DNA from: an uncultured Verrucomicrobiae bacterium
Lineage (GTDB): Bacteria > Verrucomicrobiota > Verrucomicrobiia > Chthoniobacterales > UBA10450
DNA length: 64,000 nt
NCBI GenBank assembly: GCA_963834385.1
Contig: CAWIBO010000005.1
Location: forward strand, 224,001-288,000
Reading direction: 5' to 3'
Shown: positions 41,935 through 50,252 of the stretch, one piece after another
Layout of the letters: each line of letters starts with the position of its first letter
Numbering within the stretch: position 1 is the first letter of the stretch
Program-made: the position numbers and the translations under genes
The notes under the pieces: generated by a model
Seen by the model: the letters and a program-made list of their open reading frames with translations, nothing else
Told to the model about the DNA's origin: nothing
Database searches by the model: none

Positions 41935-43491
41935 ATGAAAAGCGAATCTGAAGTGATTGGTCTCGAGCCCGGGTTGAGCGCGGATGAAGCCGCGGCGCGC
42001 TTCCAGGCTTTGCAGGCGAGACTGGTGCCGCTCTGGCGCTCGATTGAGTCGTTCAACCAGGACGAACAGACCATCGTGGTGGTCCCGTCCATGACCGTGG
42101 ACATGAGCGCGACCGGGGCGGTGGTGCAGGCTTACGAGGAACGTTTTCTTTTTCTGCTTCTGCTGTTGGCCCAGCCGCGCGCCCGCATGATCTATGTCAC
42201 GTCACAGGGAGTACATCCGAGCGTGATTGAGTACTATCTCGATCTGCTCCCGAGCGTGATCCCGAGCCACGCGGCCCGGCGGCTGACGCTGCTCGCGCCG
42301 CACGACGACTCGAGCGCGCCGCTCAGCCTCAAACTCCTGGAACGGCCGCGGATGATTGAGCAAATCCGGGCGCTCATTCCCGACCGGGACCGGGCTCACC
42401 TCATTTGTTACAACACCACCTTCCTGGAACGAAACCTGGCGCTCCGCCTGGATATTCCCCTCTATGGGGCTGATCCGCGATTTCTGGAATTGGGTACCAA
42501 GACCGGTTGCCGGCAGCTTTTTGCGCGGGCCGGCGTGCAGCATCCCCTCGGCGTGGAGAATCTGCACAGCCTGGACGAGGTCACCAAGGCCCTGACCCGA
42601 ATCCATGCCGAGCGGCCCTCGATGAAAGCGGCGGTGGTGAAACTAAACGAAGGCGTCTCCGGCGAGGGCAACGCGATCGTCGACCTGGAGGGCGTTTCCG
42701 CCGGGAGCGGGGAGACGCTGGCGGACCGCGTTCAGGCGATGCGGTTCGAGCACCCGGCGATGACCCTGGAGCAATACGCAGGCAAGTTTGTCGAACGCGG
42801 CGGCATCGTGGAGGAACGCGTCGGCCTCGGTGCGCACGATGTGCGCAGTCCCAGCGTGCAGATGCGCGTTACCCCGCTGGGTCGGGTTGAGCTGCTCTCC
42901 ACGCACGACCAGATGCTGGGCGGACGGAGTGGTCAAAGTTATCTTGGGTGCATCTTTCCGGCCGACCCGGCCTATGCCACCGCGATCAGCCGGGAGGCGC
43001 TCAAGGTGGGCGAACTGCTCCGCGATGCCGGTGTGATCGGCCGCTTTGCCATCGATTTCGTCGTAGTCCGGGCAACACCGGAGGCTGCCTGGGAGCCGTT
43101 TGCCATCGAGGTGAACCTGCGCAAGGGCGGGACAACGCATCCTTTTCTCACCCTGCAGTTCCTCACCGGCGGGGCCTACGACTGGACGGCCTCGCGCTTC
43201 AACGCGCCGAACGACCAGGACAAATTCCTCGTCGCCAGCGACCATGTGGAATCGCCGATGTATCGCGGGTTCACTCCGGACGATCTCTTTGACCTTGTCG
43301 TCCGCCGGGGCCTGCACTTCGGGCAGGTGCGCCAGACCGGCGTGGTCTTTCACATGTTGAGCGCGTTGGGCAGTGCCGGGCGGCTGGGCATGACCGCGGT
43401 CGGCAACACGGCGGAGGAAGCCTCCGAGATCTTCGCGCGGGCCAAGGCTGTGCTTGATGAGGAAGCGCGCCTCGATTCCCTGCAAACTTGA
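41935..43491 (+). CDS. ATP-grasp protein related to peptide ligase PGM1
   Basis: YEERFLF, VVKLNEGVSGEGNA, SPSVQ, STHDQ.LGG..GQ.Y.GC.FPA, IEVNLRKGGTTHP. Confidence 0.8.
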   Translation: MKSESEVIGLEPGLSADEAAARFQALQARLVPLWRSIESFNQDEQTIVVVPSMTVDMSATGAVVQAYEERFLFLLLLLAQPRARMIYVTSQGVHPSVIEYYLDLLPSVIPSHAARRLTLLAPHDDSSAPLSLKLLERPRMIEQIRALIPDRDRAHLICYNTTFLERNLALRLDIPLYGADPRFLELGTKTGCRQLFARAGVQHPLGVENLHSLDEVTKALTRIHAERPSMKAAVVKLNEGVSGEGNAIVDLEGVSAGSGETLADRVQAMRFEHPAMTLEQYAGKFVERGGIVEERVGLGAHDVRSPSVQMRVTPLGRVELLSTHDQMLGGRSGQSYLGCIFPADPAYATAISREALKVGELLRDAGVIGRFAIDFVVVRATPEAAWEPFAIEVNLRKGGTTHPFLTLQFLTGGAYDWTASRFNAPNDQDKFLVASDHVESPMYRGFTPDDLFDLVVRRGLHFGQVRQTGVVFHMLSALGSAGRLGMTAVGNTAEEASEIFARAKAVLDEEARLDSLQT

Positions 43492-43521
43492 GGCACTTCG
43501 GCCGTTCGACGGTCGCCGGAC

Positions 43522-43968
43522 TCAGAGATCCCGTAGCGCCTGGCCAAGGGCAACCTGAATGCGCGTGGCCTCGGTTCCGCCGAGATCCGCGCTGATTGCT
43601 TCAAGGCGATGGACGAGGTCGGCCACCTCCCGGCGTTCGTAAGGCCCGCCGGCCGCCGCGCAGAAATGGGTGCGGCAGCCAAAAGGACGCGCCTCGTAGA
43701 TCAGACAACCGCCCCGGGTCCCGTCGAACAGCGGGCAGGCGCCGTCCGGCTTCTCCGGGAGATTTTTTCGTCCCGAGGCGCGCCAGGCCAATGCAGCCAC
43801 GAGGGCCTCGGCCCGCGTCAGGAAGGGGGTGCGTCCCGTCAGCTTGAACTGGCAGCACTCGGTCTGCCGCGTGCACTGCCGCGCCACCGGGCGGTCCGCC
43901 AGTTCGCGGTAAACCTGCCGCACTTTGTCGGCGGCGTTCGCTTCTTCAGGGTTGCGCAATTGCTTCAT
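43522..43968 (-). CDS. YkgJ-family cysteine-cluster protein
   Basis: C....ECC, CPLF, CLIYEARPFGCRTHFC. Confidence 0.85.
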   Translation of the reverse strand: MKQLRNPEEANAADKVRQVYRELADRPVARQCTRQTECCQFKLTGRTPFLTRAEALVAALAWRASGRKNLPEKPDGACPLFDGTRGGCLIYEARPFGCRTHFCAAAGGPYERREVADLVHRLEAISADLGGTEATRIQVALGQALRDL

Positions 43969-45185
43969 TTCGTCATCGCCTGTCCGGCAATCCAGCCGGT
44001 GGTCCAGGCTGATTGAAAGTTAAAACCGCCGGTAACGCCATCGAGATCGAGGAGTTCTCCCGCGAAAAAGAGTCCGGGCACCAGCCGGCTTTGCATCGTC
44101 CGAAAATCGATTTCCTTCAGGCTGACCCCGCCACAGGTGACGAACTCGTCCTTGTTCAGCGATTTGCCGTCGATGCTGACCTCGGTTTGCGCGAGCAGAC
44201 GAAGCAGGACCTGCGTTTCTCCGCGGCCCAGGTTGGTCCATGCGATCGAGGAAGAGATGCCGGCAGCGTGGCAAAGACTTTCCCAGAGCCGGGAGGGAAG
44301 GGACCCAAGCGGCGAGTTCACCACCAGCTTTTTGGGGTGATCCTGCCGGGCCTGGCTGAGGGCAGCCGCGAGTTCGTCCTGTTGCCATTCCGGCATCCAG
44401 TTGATCTGGAGGCGGAAACTGTAGTCGACCGCGTGCAGGTCGCGGGCGCCCCAGGCGGAAAGCTTCAGGATCACCGGCCCGCTGAGCCCATGATGAGTGA
44501 CGAGGAGCGGGCCGCGCTGCCGAAGTTTGGTGCCGGGAATGTTCACGGCGACGTCGGGCAGGCTGACGCCGGGCAGCGCGGAGAGCCAGTGTCCAGTGGC
44601 GTGAAACGAAAAAAGCGAAGGCACGGGAGCCTCGATGCGGTGGCCGAGCGAAGCGGCAATGTTCCCGGCGGCCGCGGCGCGGCAGCCCCCGGTGGCGAGG
44701 AGAAGACGGTCGCATTCCATCGTTTCGTTGGCCGTGAGGGTCAGGCGAAAGCCGGTGGGGAGGCGTTCCACGCTTTCCAGCCCGCAACGCAGGCGGAGAT
44801 GCACCCCGGCGCTCTCGGCTTCGCCAAGGAGACAGCCGACGATCGAGGCGGAAGAATCGCTTCGGGGAAAAATGCGGCCATCTGCTTCTGTCTTGAGCGG
44901 AATGCCGCGTTTTTCGAACCAGGCCACGGTGTCGGTGCTGCTGAAGCGGTGGAAGGCGGAAATCAGGGCGCGCTCGCCCCGCGGATAATGCCGCGAGAGG
45001 GCGACCGGATCGTCCAGGACGTTGGTGACGTTGCAGCGGCCGCCGCCTGAAATCTTTACCTTGGCGAGAAATTGCGAGCTTCGCTCGAGCACGGTGACGC
45101 GATGCGCACCGGGGCTTTGCGCCGCGGCGATGGCGGCAAAGAAACCGGCCGCGCCGCCCCCGACGATAACGATTTGACCGGGCAC
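43965..45185 (-). CDS. HI0933/YhiN (BaiN)-family flavoprotein
   Basis: VGGGAAG, KVKISGGGRCNVTN, GRIFP, EFVTCGGV, GELLDLDG.TGGFNFQ.AW.TG. Confidence 0.92.
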   Translation of the reverse strand: MPGQIVIVGGGAAGFFAAIAAAQSPGAHRVTVLERSSQFLAKVKISGGGRCNVTNVLDDPVALSRHYPRGERALISAFHRFSSTDTVAWFEKRGIPLKTEADGRIFPRSDSSASIVGCLLGEAESAGVHLRLRCGLESVERLPTGFRLTLTANETMECDRLLLATGGCRAAAAGNIAASLGHRIEAPVPSLFSFHATGHWLSALPGVSLPDVAVNIPGTKLRQRGPLLVTHHGLSGPVILKLSAWGARDLHAVDYSFRLQINWMPEWQQDELAAALSQARQDHPKKLVVNSPLGSLPSRLWESLCHAAGISSSIAWTNLGRGETQVLLRLLAQTEVSIDGKSLNKDEFVTCGGVSLKEIDFRTMQSRLVPGLFFAGELLDLDGVTGGFNFQSAWTTGWIAGQAMTK

Positions 45186-45200
45186 GGCGCCGGTCCCTCG

Positions 45201-45947
45201 CTACATCTCGCTGAAGTTCGCGATCACGTTGATCGCGCCCGCCTCGGGCTTCAGGTCGGCGTAAGCGGGGGTGAAACGCGCGGCCTTCAGCGCCGTCATG
45301 ACAAATTCGCCGACCCGGCTCCCCTTGGGTGATTCGGCCGTGATCGACATTGATTCGATCTTGCCCTCGGCTGTTACCTTGACCAGCACCTCAGCGGTGG
45401 CGCCATAGGGATTGTCGACGTCGGTCTGGCGCAACCCGTTCTCCAGATACGGGCGGAGGCCGCCGATCAACTGCGGCTGGGTGTATTGGGCGATCTTGCC
45501 GACTCGCGCGCGATCGTGGGTCGCGAGAAGAATGGCCACGATGGGAATATCATTCTGCCGGAAGAACAGGACCGTGCCGGCGACATACATGGGAACGCCT
45601 TTGCCATTGATCCGGGCCGGCTCAAAACGGCCCCAGTCGAGCCCATTCTGCACCGCGGTCTTGAAAGCCTGGTCGTTGCCGATCAGTCCGAAAGTTGTCG
45701 TGACCCGGCCTTCGCCGTCGATGTCGCAATAGAACTGGACCGCGCTCTGTTTTTTCGCCACCACCATCTCCTTCGGGTAAACAATGTGGCGGGCCACGGA
45801 CTCATTCGTGAGCGGGACCTTGGCCGGCGCAAAAACCGGGGGACCGGGCGATCCGGCCGGTTTGGGGCTTTGCGCTCTCCCCTGCGGGGCGGCGAGAAAG
45901 GCGGCGCTCAGGAGCAAAAACGCCGTTGTCTGTCGGAAGGTGATCAT
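45201..45947 (-). CDS. Secreted protein with two TonB C-terminal-like domains
   Basis: Signal peptide; YP...V.F..DIDGEG.V...RFEPARING..V and a second copy V.V.VTAEG.I...ARFTPA. Confidence 0.6.
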   Translation of the reverse strand: MITFRQTTAFLLLSAAFLAAPQGRAQSPKPAGSPGPPVFAPAKVPLTNESVARHIVYPKEMVVAKKQSAVQFYCDIDGEGRVTTTFGLIGNDQAFKTAVQNGLDWGRFEPARINGKGVPMYVAGTVLFFRQNDIPIVAILLATHDRARVGKIAQYTQPQLIGGLRPYLENGLRQTDVDNPYGATAEVLVKVTAEGKIESMSITAESPKGSRVGEFVMTALKAARFTPAYADLKPEAGAINVIANFSEM

Positions 45948-46057
45948 CAAAAACGGGTGGCTGGCAACTATGCTGCTGCCTCCGTCCTGCGCAAGTGAAC
46001 ATGCCCGGTCCCCCCGATTTCGATGGCGTGCCGGCGACGGCTGCCATCTATTTCCCG

Positions 46058-47170
46058 ATGACGGTGGCAAATCGCCGCATCGGGCGGGGCGAAAGGAAAT
46101 CAAGCCGGGTGCGACGCATACGGGAGGATGTCGGGGGCCTCGTCCTGATGGACCAGGAACCGGTGAGGCGCGAAGCGGCGGCGCGTTGCACGGCGGTGAT
46201 GGCGCGCCTGGAGCGCGCGCGTGGCCAGTGGCAGCAATACGAGAGGGAGGACAAGCCGGCCTTTATTCGCTGGCGCGCCCGGGAGTTTGGCGCGCTCCTC
46301 AGCACCGCGCGCGAGGTGGAACTGCAGATCACGGCCCAGCAGGCTCTTGTGCACGAGGTGGAGATGGAGATGCGCCGCGGCTTTTACGATCCGCACTCCG
46401 CCTATGAACGGGTCATGTCCCGCCGGGGGGATCCCGCCGCCGCCGCCCCGCCCCCTCCGCCGGCGGAAGAACCGGCGCGGGCAAAAGCCAGGCCGCTGAC
46501 TGATTTCGAGAAGGAGGCGCTCTTTCAGGAGTGGGTGCAAAAGTTTCTCGGGACCAACCCGGACAAAATGGATGACAAGGCTTACGCGGCCACTTTCGAG
46601 ACATTCAAAAGCCACATGTTCAAGACACCGGTCGAACCGCCGCGCCTCCTGCCGCGCCGGCCTGTCCCGCGGCGTCCGGAGATGGCGGAGGAAGAAGAGA
46701 CGCGGGCGGGGGTGGCCGATTCGCCCGATACGCGGGTGAAGGAACTTTACCGGCGTCTGGTCCGGCGTCTGCACCCGGACTTGCGCGCCGATGGCGACGC
46801 GGCCGTCTCCTCGCTTTGGCACGAGGTGCAGGAAGCCTACGTGGCGTCCGACGTGGCGCGGATGGAACTCCTCCTGGCCTTGAGCGACATCGCGGCTGAT
46901 CACATGGACGCGCGCACTTCGGTGTCGCAGATGCAGGCGCTGGAAGGGACGCTCGCGCGCGCCGTGCGCGCTCTTGAGAAAAGCGTCCTGGAAGCGCAGG
47001 ATGAAGAAGCGTGGAACTTTGCCCGGAGCGGGCCTGACGAGGAGCTGCGGGCGCAGGTGCAGCGCCGGTTGGAGCACGACCTGCGACTGCGCCGCCAGCG
47101 CCTGGACCTTCTGACGCGCACCATCGCCGGCTGGGCGCGGTCACCGGTCCTGCCGCGCGCCCCTGCCTGA
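46058..47170 (+). CDS. J-domain-containing coiled-coil protein (start uncertain)
   Basis: Internal VKELYRRLVRRLHPD...LWHEVQEAY flanked by helical coils. Confidence 0.75.
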   Translation: MTVANRRIGRGERKSSRVRRIREDVGGLVLMDQEPVRREAAARCTAVMARLERARGQWQQYEREDKPAFIRWRAREFGALLSTAREVELQITAQQALVHEVEMEMRRGFYDPHSAYERVMSRRGDPAAAAPPPPPAEEPARAKARPLTDFEKEALFQEWVQKFLGTNPDKMDDKAYAATFETFKSHMFKTPVEPPRLLPRRPVPRRPEMAEEEETRAGVADSPDTRVKELYRRLVRRLHPDLRADGDAAVSSLWHEVQEAYVASDVARMELLLALSDIAADHMDARTSVSQMQALEGTLARAVRALEKSVLEAQDEEAWNFARSGPDEELRAQVQRRLEHDLRLRRQRLDLLTRTIAGWARSPVLPRAPA

Positions 47171-47175
47171 CGATG

Positions 47176-47347
47176 GGCCGGGGACGGCGCACGCTATAGC
47201 GCGGAATGGCGGGGGACGAGTTTGGCAATTGGCGGGCTGTAGCGTCCGCTGTCCTCAGCGGATCTGGGGTTTCGGGGAGGAGCAGGATCAGGATCAGGAT
47301 CAAGAGCAGGAGCAAGAGGGGATGCGCTGGGGAAGGCGCACGCTACA
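47176..47347. repeat. GTAG-type REP doublet (REPIN-like) enclosing a hexamer array, plus one degenerate REP
   Basis: TGTAGCGTCCGCTGTCCTCAGCGGA (47238-47262), inverted copy at 47323-47347, AGGATC/AGGAGC/AAGAGC hexamers between them; degenerate arm at 47176-47198. Confidence 0.8.
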
Positions 47348-47381
47348 GCGATCCGCCAGGTGGATTGACAGCCGAGAAAAG

Positions 47382-47456
47382 TGGCTCCTGAGGTAGGATT
47401 CGAACCTACGACCAATCGGTTAACAGCCGATCGCTCTACCACTGAGCTACTCAGGA
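47382..47456 (-). tRNA. tRNA-Asn (GTT)
   Basis: Reverse complement TCCTGAGTAGCTCAGTGGTAGAGCGATCGGCTGTTAACCGAT...GGTTCGAATCC...GGAGCCA. Confidence 0.97.
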
Positions 47457-47590
47457 TTCTGTCTCCGTCGAAGTGACGGGATCGTATAATGCCTGCGTGA
47501 GCAAAGGCGGCAAGTGTTCTTTGAAAAGACGGTCCCCGGTGGAATTTCCAGTTGCGCGGCTCTTTCCCCGCTCCCATAGTGTCGGCCAGA

Positions 47591-47667
47591 CGCGGGGTGG
47601 AGCAGCCTGGTAGCTCGTCAGGCTCATAACCTGAAGGCCGCGGGTTCAAATCCCGCCCCCGCAACCA
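47591..47667 (+). tRNA. Initiator tRNA-fMet (CAT)
   Basis: CGCGGGGTGGAGCAGCCTGGTAGCTCG..., C1xA72 mismatch, CAT anticodon, encoded CCA. Confidence 0.96.
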
Positions 47668-47738
47668 ATTTCCCGGTCGCGGAAATTCTGCCCACCAGCG
47701 TGATTGCCCGCGGCCGCGGTCCCTGATATATCCGCCCG

Positions 47739-48416
47739 GTGAATCCTTTCCGACGCGGCCGCGAAATCACCCGGCTGGAGGGTTTCAGCGACGCCGTCTT
47801 CGGCTTTGCCCTGACCCTGCTGGTGGTCTCCCTCGAGGTGCCGTCGAGCTACGAGGATCTGATGAAAACGATGCGCGGTTTTGCCGGGTTCGCCTGCTGC
47901 TTCGCCATCGTCGCCTGGCTCTGGTTCGAACATAACCTGTTCTTTCGCCGCTACGGCCTGCAGGACGGGGTCACCATTGTCCTCAATTTCATCCTGCTCT
48001 TCGTGGTTCTTTTTTATGTCTACCCGTTGAAGTTCATCTTCACCCGGATGATGGCGGGGCTTTTTGAGGCGGACGGGCCGAGCGGGTACTTCCGTTACGA
48101 TGATGGCCGGACGCTGATGCTGGTGTACAGCAGCGCGCTCATCGTCCTCTTTGCGATCTACGCGCTCCTCTACCTTTACGCCCTCCGGCGGCGAGAGGAT
48201 CTTTCCCTTGATCGGATGGAAATTTTCGATGCCTGGACCGGCTTTTATCGGCATCTGCTCATGGTCTTGATCGGGGTGATCTCGATCACCGTGGTGGTGA
48301 CCCGGCCCCGGGATGTGGAATGGGCTGGGTTCGTCTATTTCCTGATCGGACCCGCCCAGGGCGTCCTTGGTTTTGCCCGTGGTTCGCAGCGCGCCCGGGT
48401 GGCGGCCTCGGGGTGA
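47739..48416 (+). CDS. TMEM175 (DUF1211) family K+ channel-like membrane protein
   Basis: Signature RLEGFSDAVFGFALTLL; about six TM helices. Confidence 0.88.
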   Translation: MNPFRRGREITRLEGFSDAVFGFALTLLVVSLEVPSSYEDLMKTMRGFAGFACCFAIVAWLWFEHNLFFRRYGLQDGVTIVLNFILLFVVLFYVYPLKFIFTRMMAGLFEADGPSGYFRYDDGRTLMLVYSSALIVLFAIYALLYLYALRRREDLSLDRMEIFDAWTGFYRHLLMVLIGVISITVVVTRPRDVEWAGFVYFLIGPAQGVLGFARGSQRARVAASG

Positions 48417-49360
48417 GAACGGTTCCTGGTTCTCCCGGGCGCATCCTGGTCGGCACGGCCAGCTGGTCGGATCCGGGATTCGTGAAGGAATGGTATCCGT
48501 CGCGGCTGCCGGCCGGAGATCGCCTCGCCTGGTATGCGAGCCATTTCGAGATGGTGGAGGTCAATTCGACTTTTTATGCGGTGCCGTCGCTGCGCCTGGT
48601 GGAACGGTGGTGCCGGACCACGCCCGACGGTTTTGTCTTCAACGTCAAGCTGCACCAGCTCCTTTCGCGGCATGCCGCCACGGCCAAAATGCTTCCACCC
48701 GCGCTCCAGAAAAAGGCGGTGCTGACGAGCACGGGCAAGGTGGAGCTGACCGAGGAAATGGAGGAGGCGCTGGTGGCGGAGCTGGCCGGGCCGCTCGATT
48801 TGCTGGCGCGGGAACAGCGCCTCGGCGCGCTGCTTCTCCAGCTCTCCCCCGCATTCTCCCCCCGCCGTCACAGCCTTGACGAGCTCGACCACCTCCTTGG
48901 ATTGTTGCGCGGCCGCCGGCTGGTGGTCGAACTCCGTCACCGGGATTGGGTCACGGGCGACCAGGCGGAAACGACCGTGCAGTTTTTCCGGGCGCGCGGC
49001 GCGACCCTGGCCTTTGTCGACACGCCCGACTCCGATCATTTCACCGTCTTTCCGCGCGAGTTCGGGACAACGACGTCGGGTGACCTGGGTTACCTGCGGC
49101 TGCATGGACGCAACGCGAAGGCCTACCTGACCGGTCGCACCGTGGGTGCGCGGTTCGATTACGATTACAATGCCGGGGAGATCAGCGAGATCCGGGACCG
49201 GGTCAGTCACCTCGCTGGGCCGGGCCGGGAAGTGCACGTGGTTTTCAACAACAACAACCTTGATTACGCGCCCCGGGCCGCGCTCCGGCTGCGCGAGGCG
49301 CTGGGGCAGATCGCCGCAGCGGGCCCGGAGCAGGGCCGGCTTTTCCCTCGGGAGGCCTGA
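48413..49360 (+). CDS. DUF72 family protein
   Basis: VGTASW, VEVNSTFY..P, LLQL.P.F, VELRH..W, YLRLHGRN, YDY, FNN. Confidence 0.9.
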   Translation: MRTVPGSPGRILVGTASWSDPGFVKEWYPSRLPAGDRLAWYASHFEMVEVNSTFYAVPSLRLVERWCRTTPDGFVFNVKLHQLLSRHAATAKMLPPALQKKAVLTSTGKVELTEEMEEALVAELAGPLDLLAREQRLGALLLQLSPAFSPRRHSLDELDHLLGLLRGRRLVVELRHRDWVTGDQAETTVQFFRARGATLAFVDTPDSDHFTVFPREFGTTTSGDLGYLRLHGRNAKAYLTGRTVGARFDYDYNAGEISEIRDRVSHLAGPGREVHVVFNNNNLDYAPRAALRLREALGQIAAAGPEQGRLFPREA

Positions 49361-49393
49361 AACCACCCTCTCCCCGCCATTTTTCAGGGGTGC

Positions 49394-49410
49394 GCGGCAC
49401 GGGAGTTGCA
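49394..49410 (+). promoter_or_regulatory. Putative sigma54 (-24/-12) promoter
   Basis: GCGGCACGGGAGTTGCA, GG-N10-GC, about 68 nt before ATG 49478. Confidence 0.5.
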
Positions 49411-49477
49411 TCAGGAAGGCGAAAACCAATCGTCCGGCGTGCCCCAGGCTCCCGGATGGTCCGGCCGCACTACGATT

Positions 49478-50164
49478 ATGAAACTACTACTCGCTTTCGC
49501 TTCCAGCCTGCTTCTCTGCTCCTGCGCCAACATGTACGTGACCAAGACGGACGTGGCCGGCGGCGGCGCTGCTTACACGGCCCCGGTTGACGCCAAGGAT
49601 TTCGGCTCCATCGACGGCGTGCGCATGACCACCTGCGGGGTGGCTGCCTCCAATCCCGATGCCATCTACATCCGCCCGTTCTGTGTCGATTCCGCCAGTT
49701 TCCGCGGAGACATCGCGGAATCCGAAGGCGCCATGCCGATCCGCAAGGCGCTCGCGCCGGTGGCTTTCGCCAGTTACCTGAAGGAAGAACTCTCCAAGAT
49801 CGCCCCGGCTCGCATCCTCAAAGAGGACGAGTCGCCGCGCGTGGGCTGGCTGGTCGAAGGGGAATTCGTGCAGGTCGATGGCGGCAGCCCGACGGGACGC
49901 TTTTTCGCCGGGCAATTTGGTGCCGGACGCTCTTTTGCGGCCCTCCATGTGCGGGTGACCGATGTCGCCAGCAACACCGTGGTCTACGAATTTGACGTGG
50001 CGGGCGGCAGCGGCCTCCAGGGCAAGCTCGGGACCGTCCGGGCCAGCGGCCTGGGCAAGGCGATGCCGTTCGATCTGCGCAACGCCGCCGAGCGCATCTA
50101 TCTGGTCCTGACCCCGGACGTGCACCGTTACGGCGCCCGCACGAGCGTCACGCTCAATCGCTGA
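49478..50164 (+). CDS. Lipoprotein, DUF4410-like
   Basis: Lipobox LCSC; LVEGEF..VDGGS...RFF.G.FGAG. Confidence 0.7.
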   Translation: MKLLLAFASSLLLCSCANMYVTKTDVAGGGAAYTAPVDAKDFGSIDGVRMTTCGVAASNPDAIYIRPFCVDSASFRGDIAESEGAMPIRKALAPVAFASYLKEELSKIAPARILKEDESPRVGWLVEGEFVQVDGGSPTGRFFAGQFGAGRSFAALHVRVTDVASNTVVYEFDVAGGSGLQGKLGTVRASGLGKAMPFDLRNAAERIYLVLTPDVHRYGARTSVTLNR

Positions 50165-50252
50165 GCCCCGGGCCGCGCGAAATCGCGGCGCGGTTTCTGT
50201 TGCCAAGCAAACATCGACGCATAAGCTGCCAGCCGTTCCCGAGCTGACGCTT

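Noticed and set aside
47278..47318. Hexamer arrays here and at 63279-63410 as a CRISPR array
   Set aside because: No 23-47 bp repeats with unique spacers of regular length, and no cas genes.
47194..47664. 156-aa minus-strand ORF, and the 5' extension of ychF to 41741
   Set aside because: They overlap tRNA genes and REP repeats, so they are spurious translations.
41684..47667. Genomic island bounded by tRNA-Pro and tRNA-Asn/fMet
   Set aside because: No integrase, no duplicated tRNA 3' end (att site) and no clear compositional shift.
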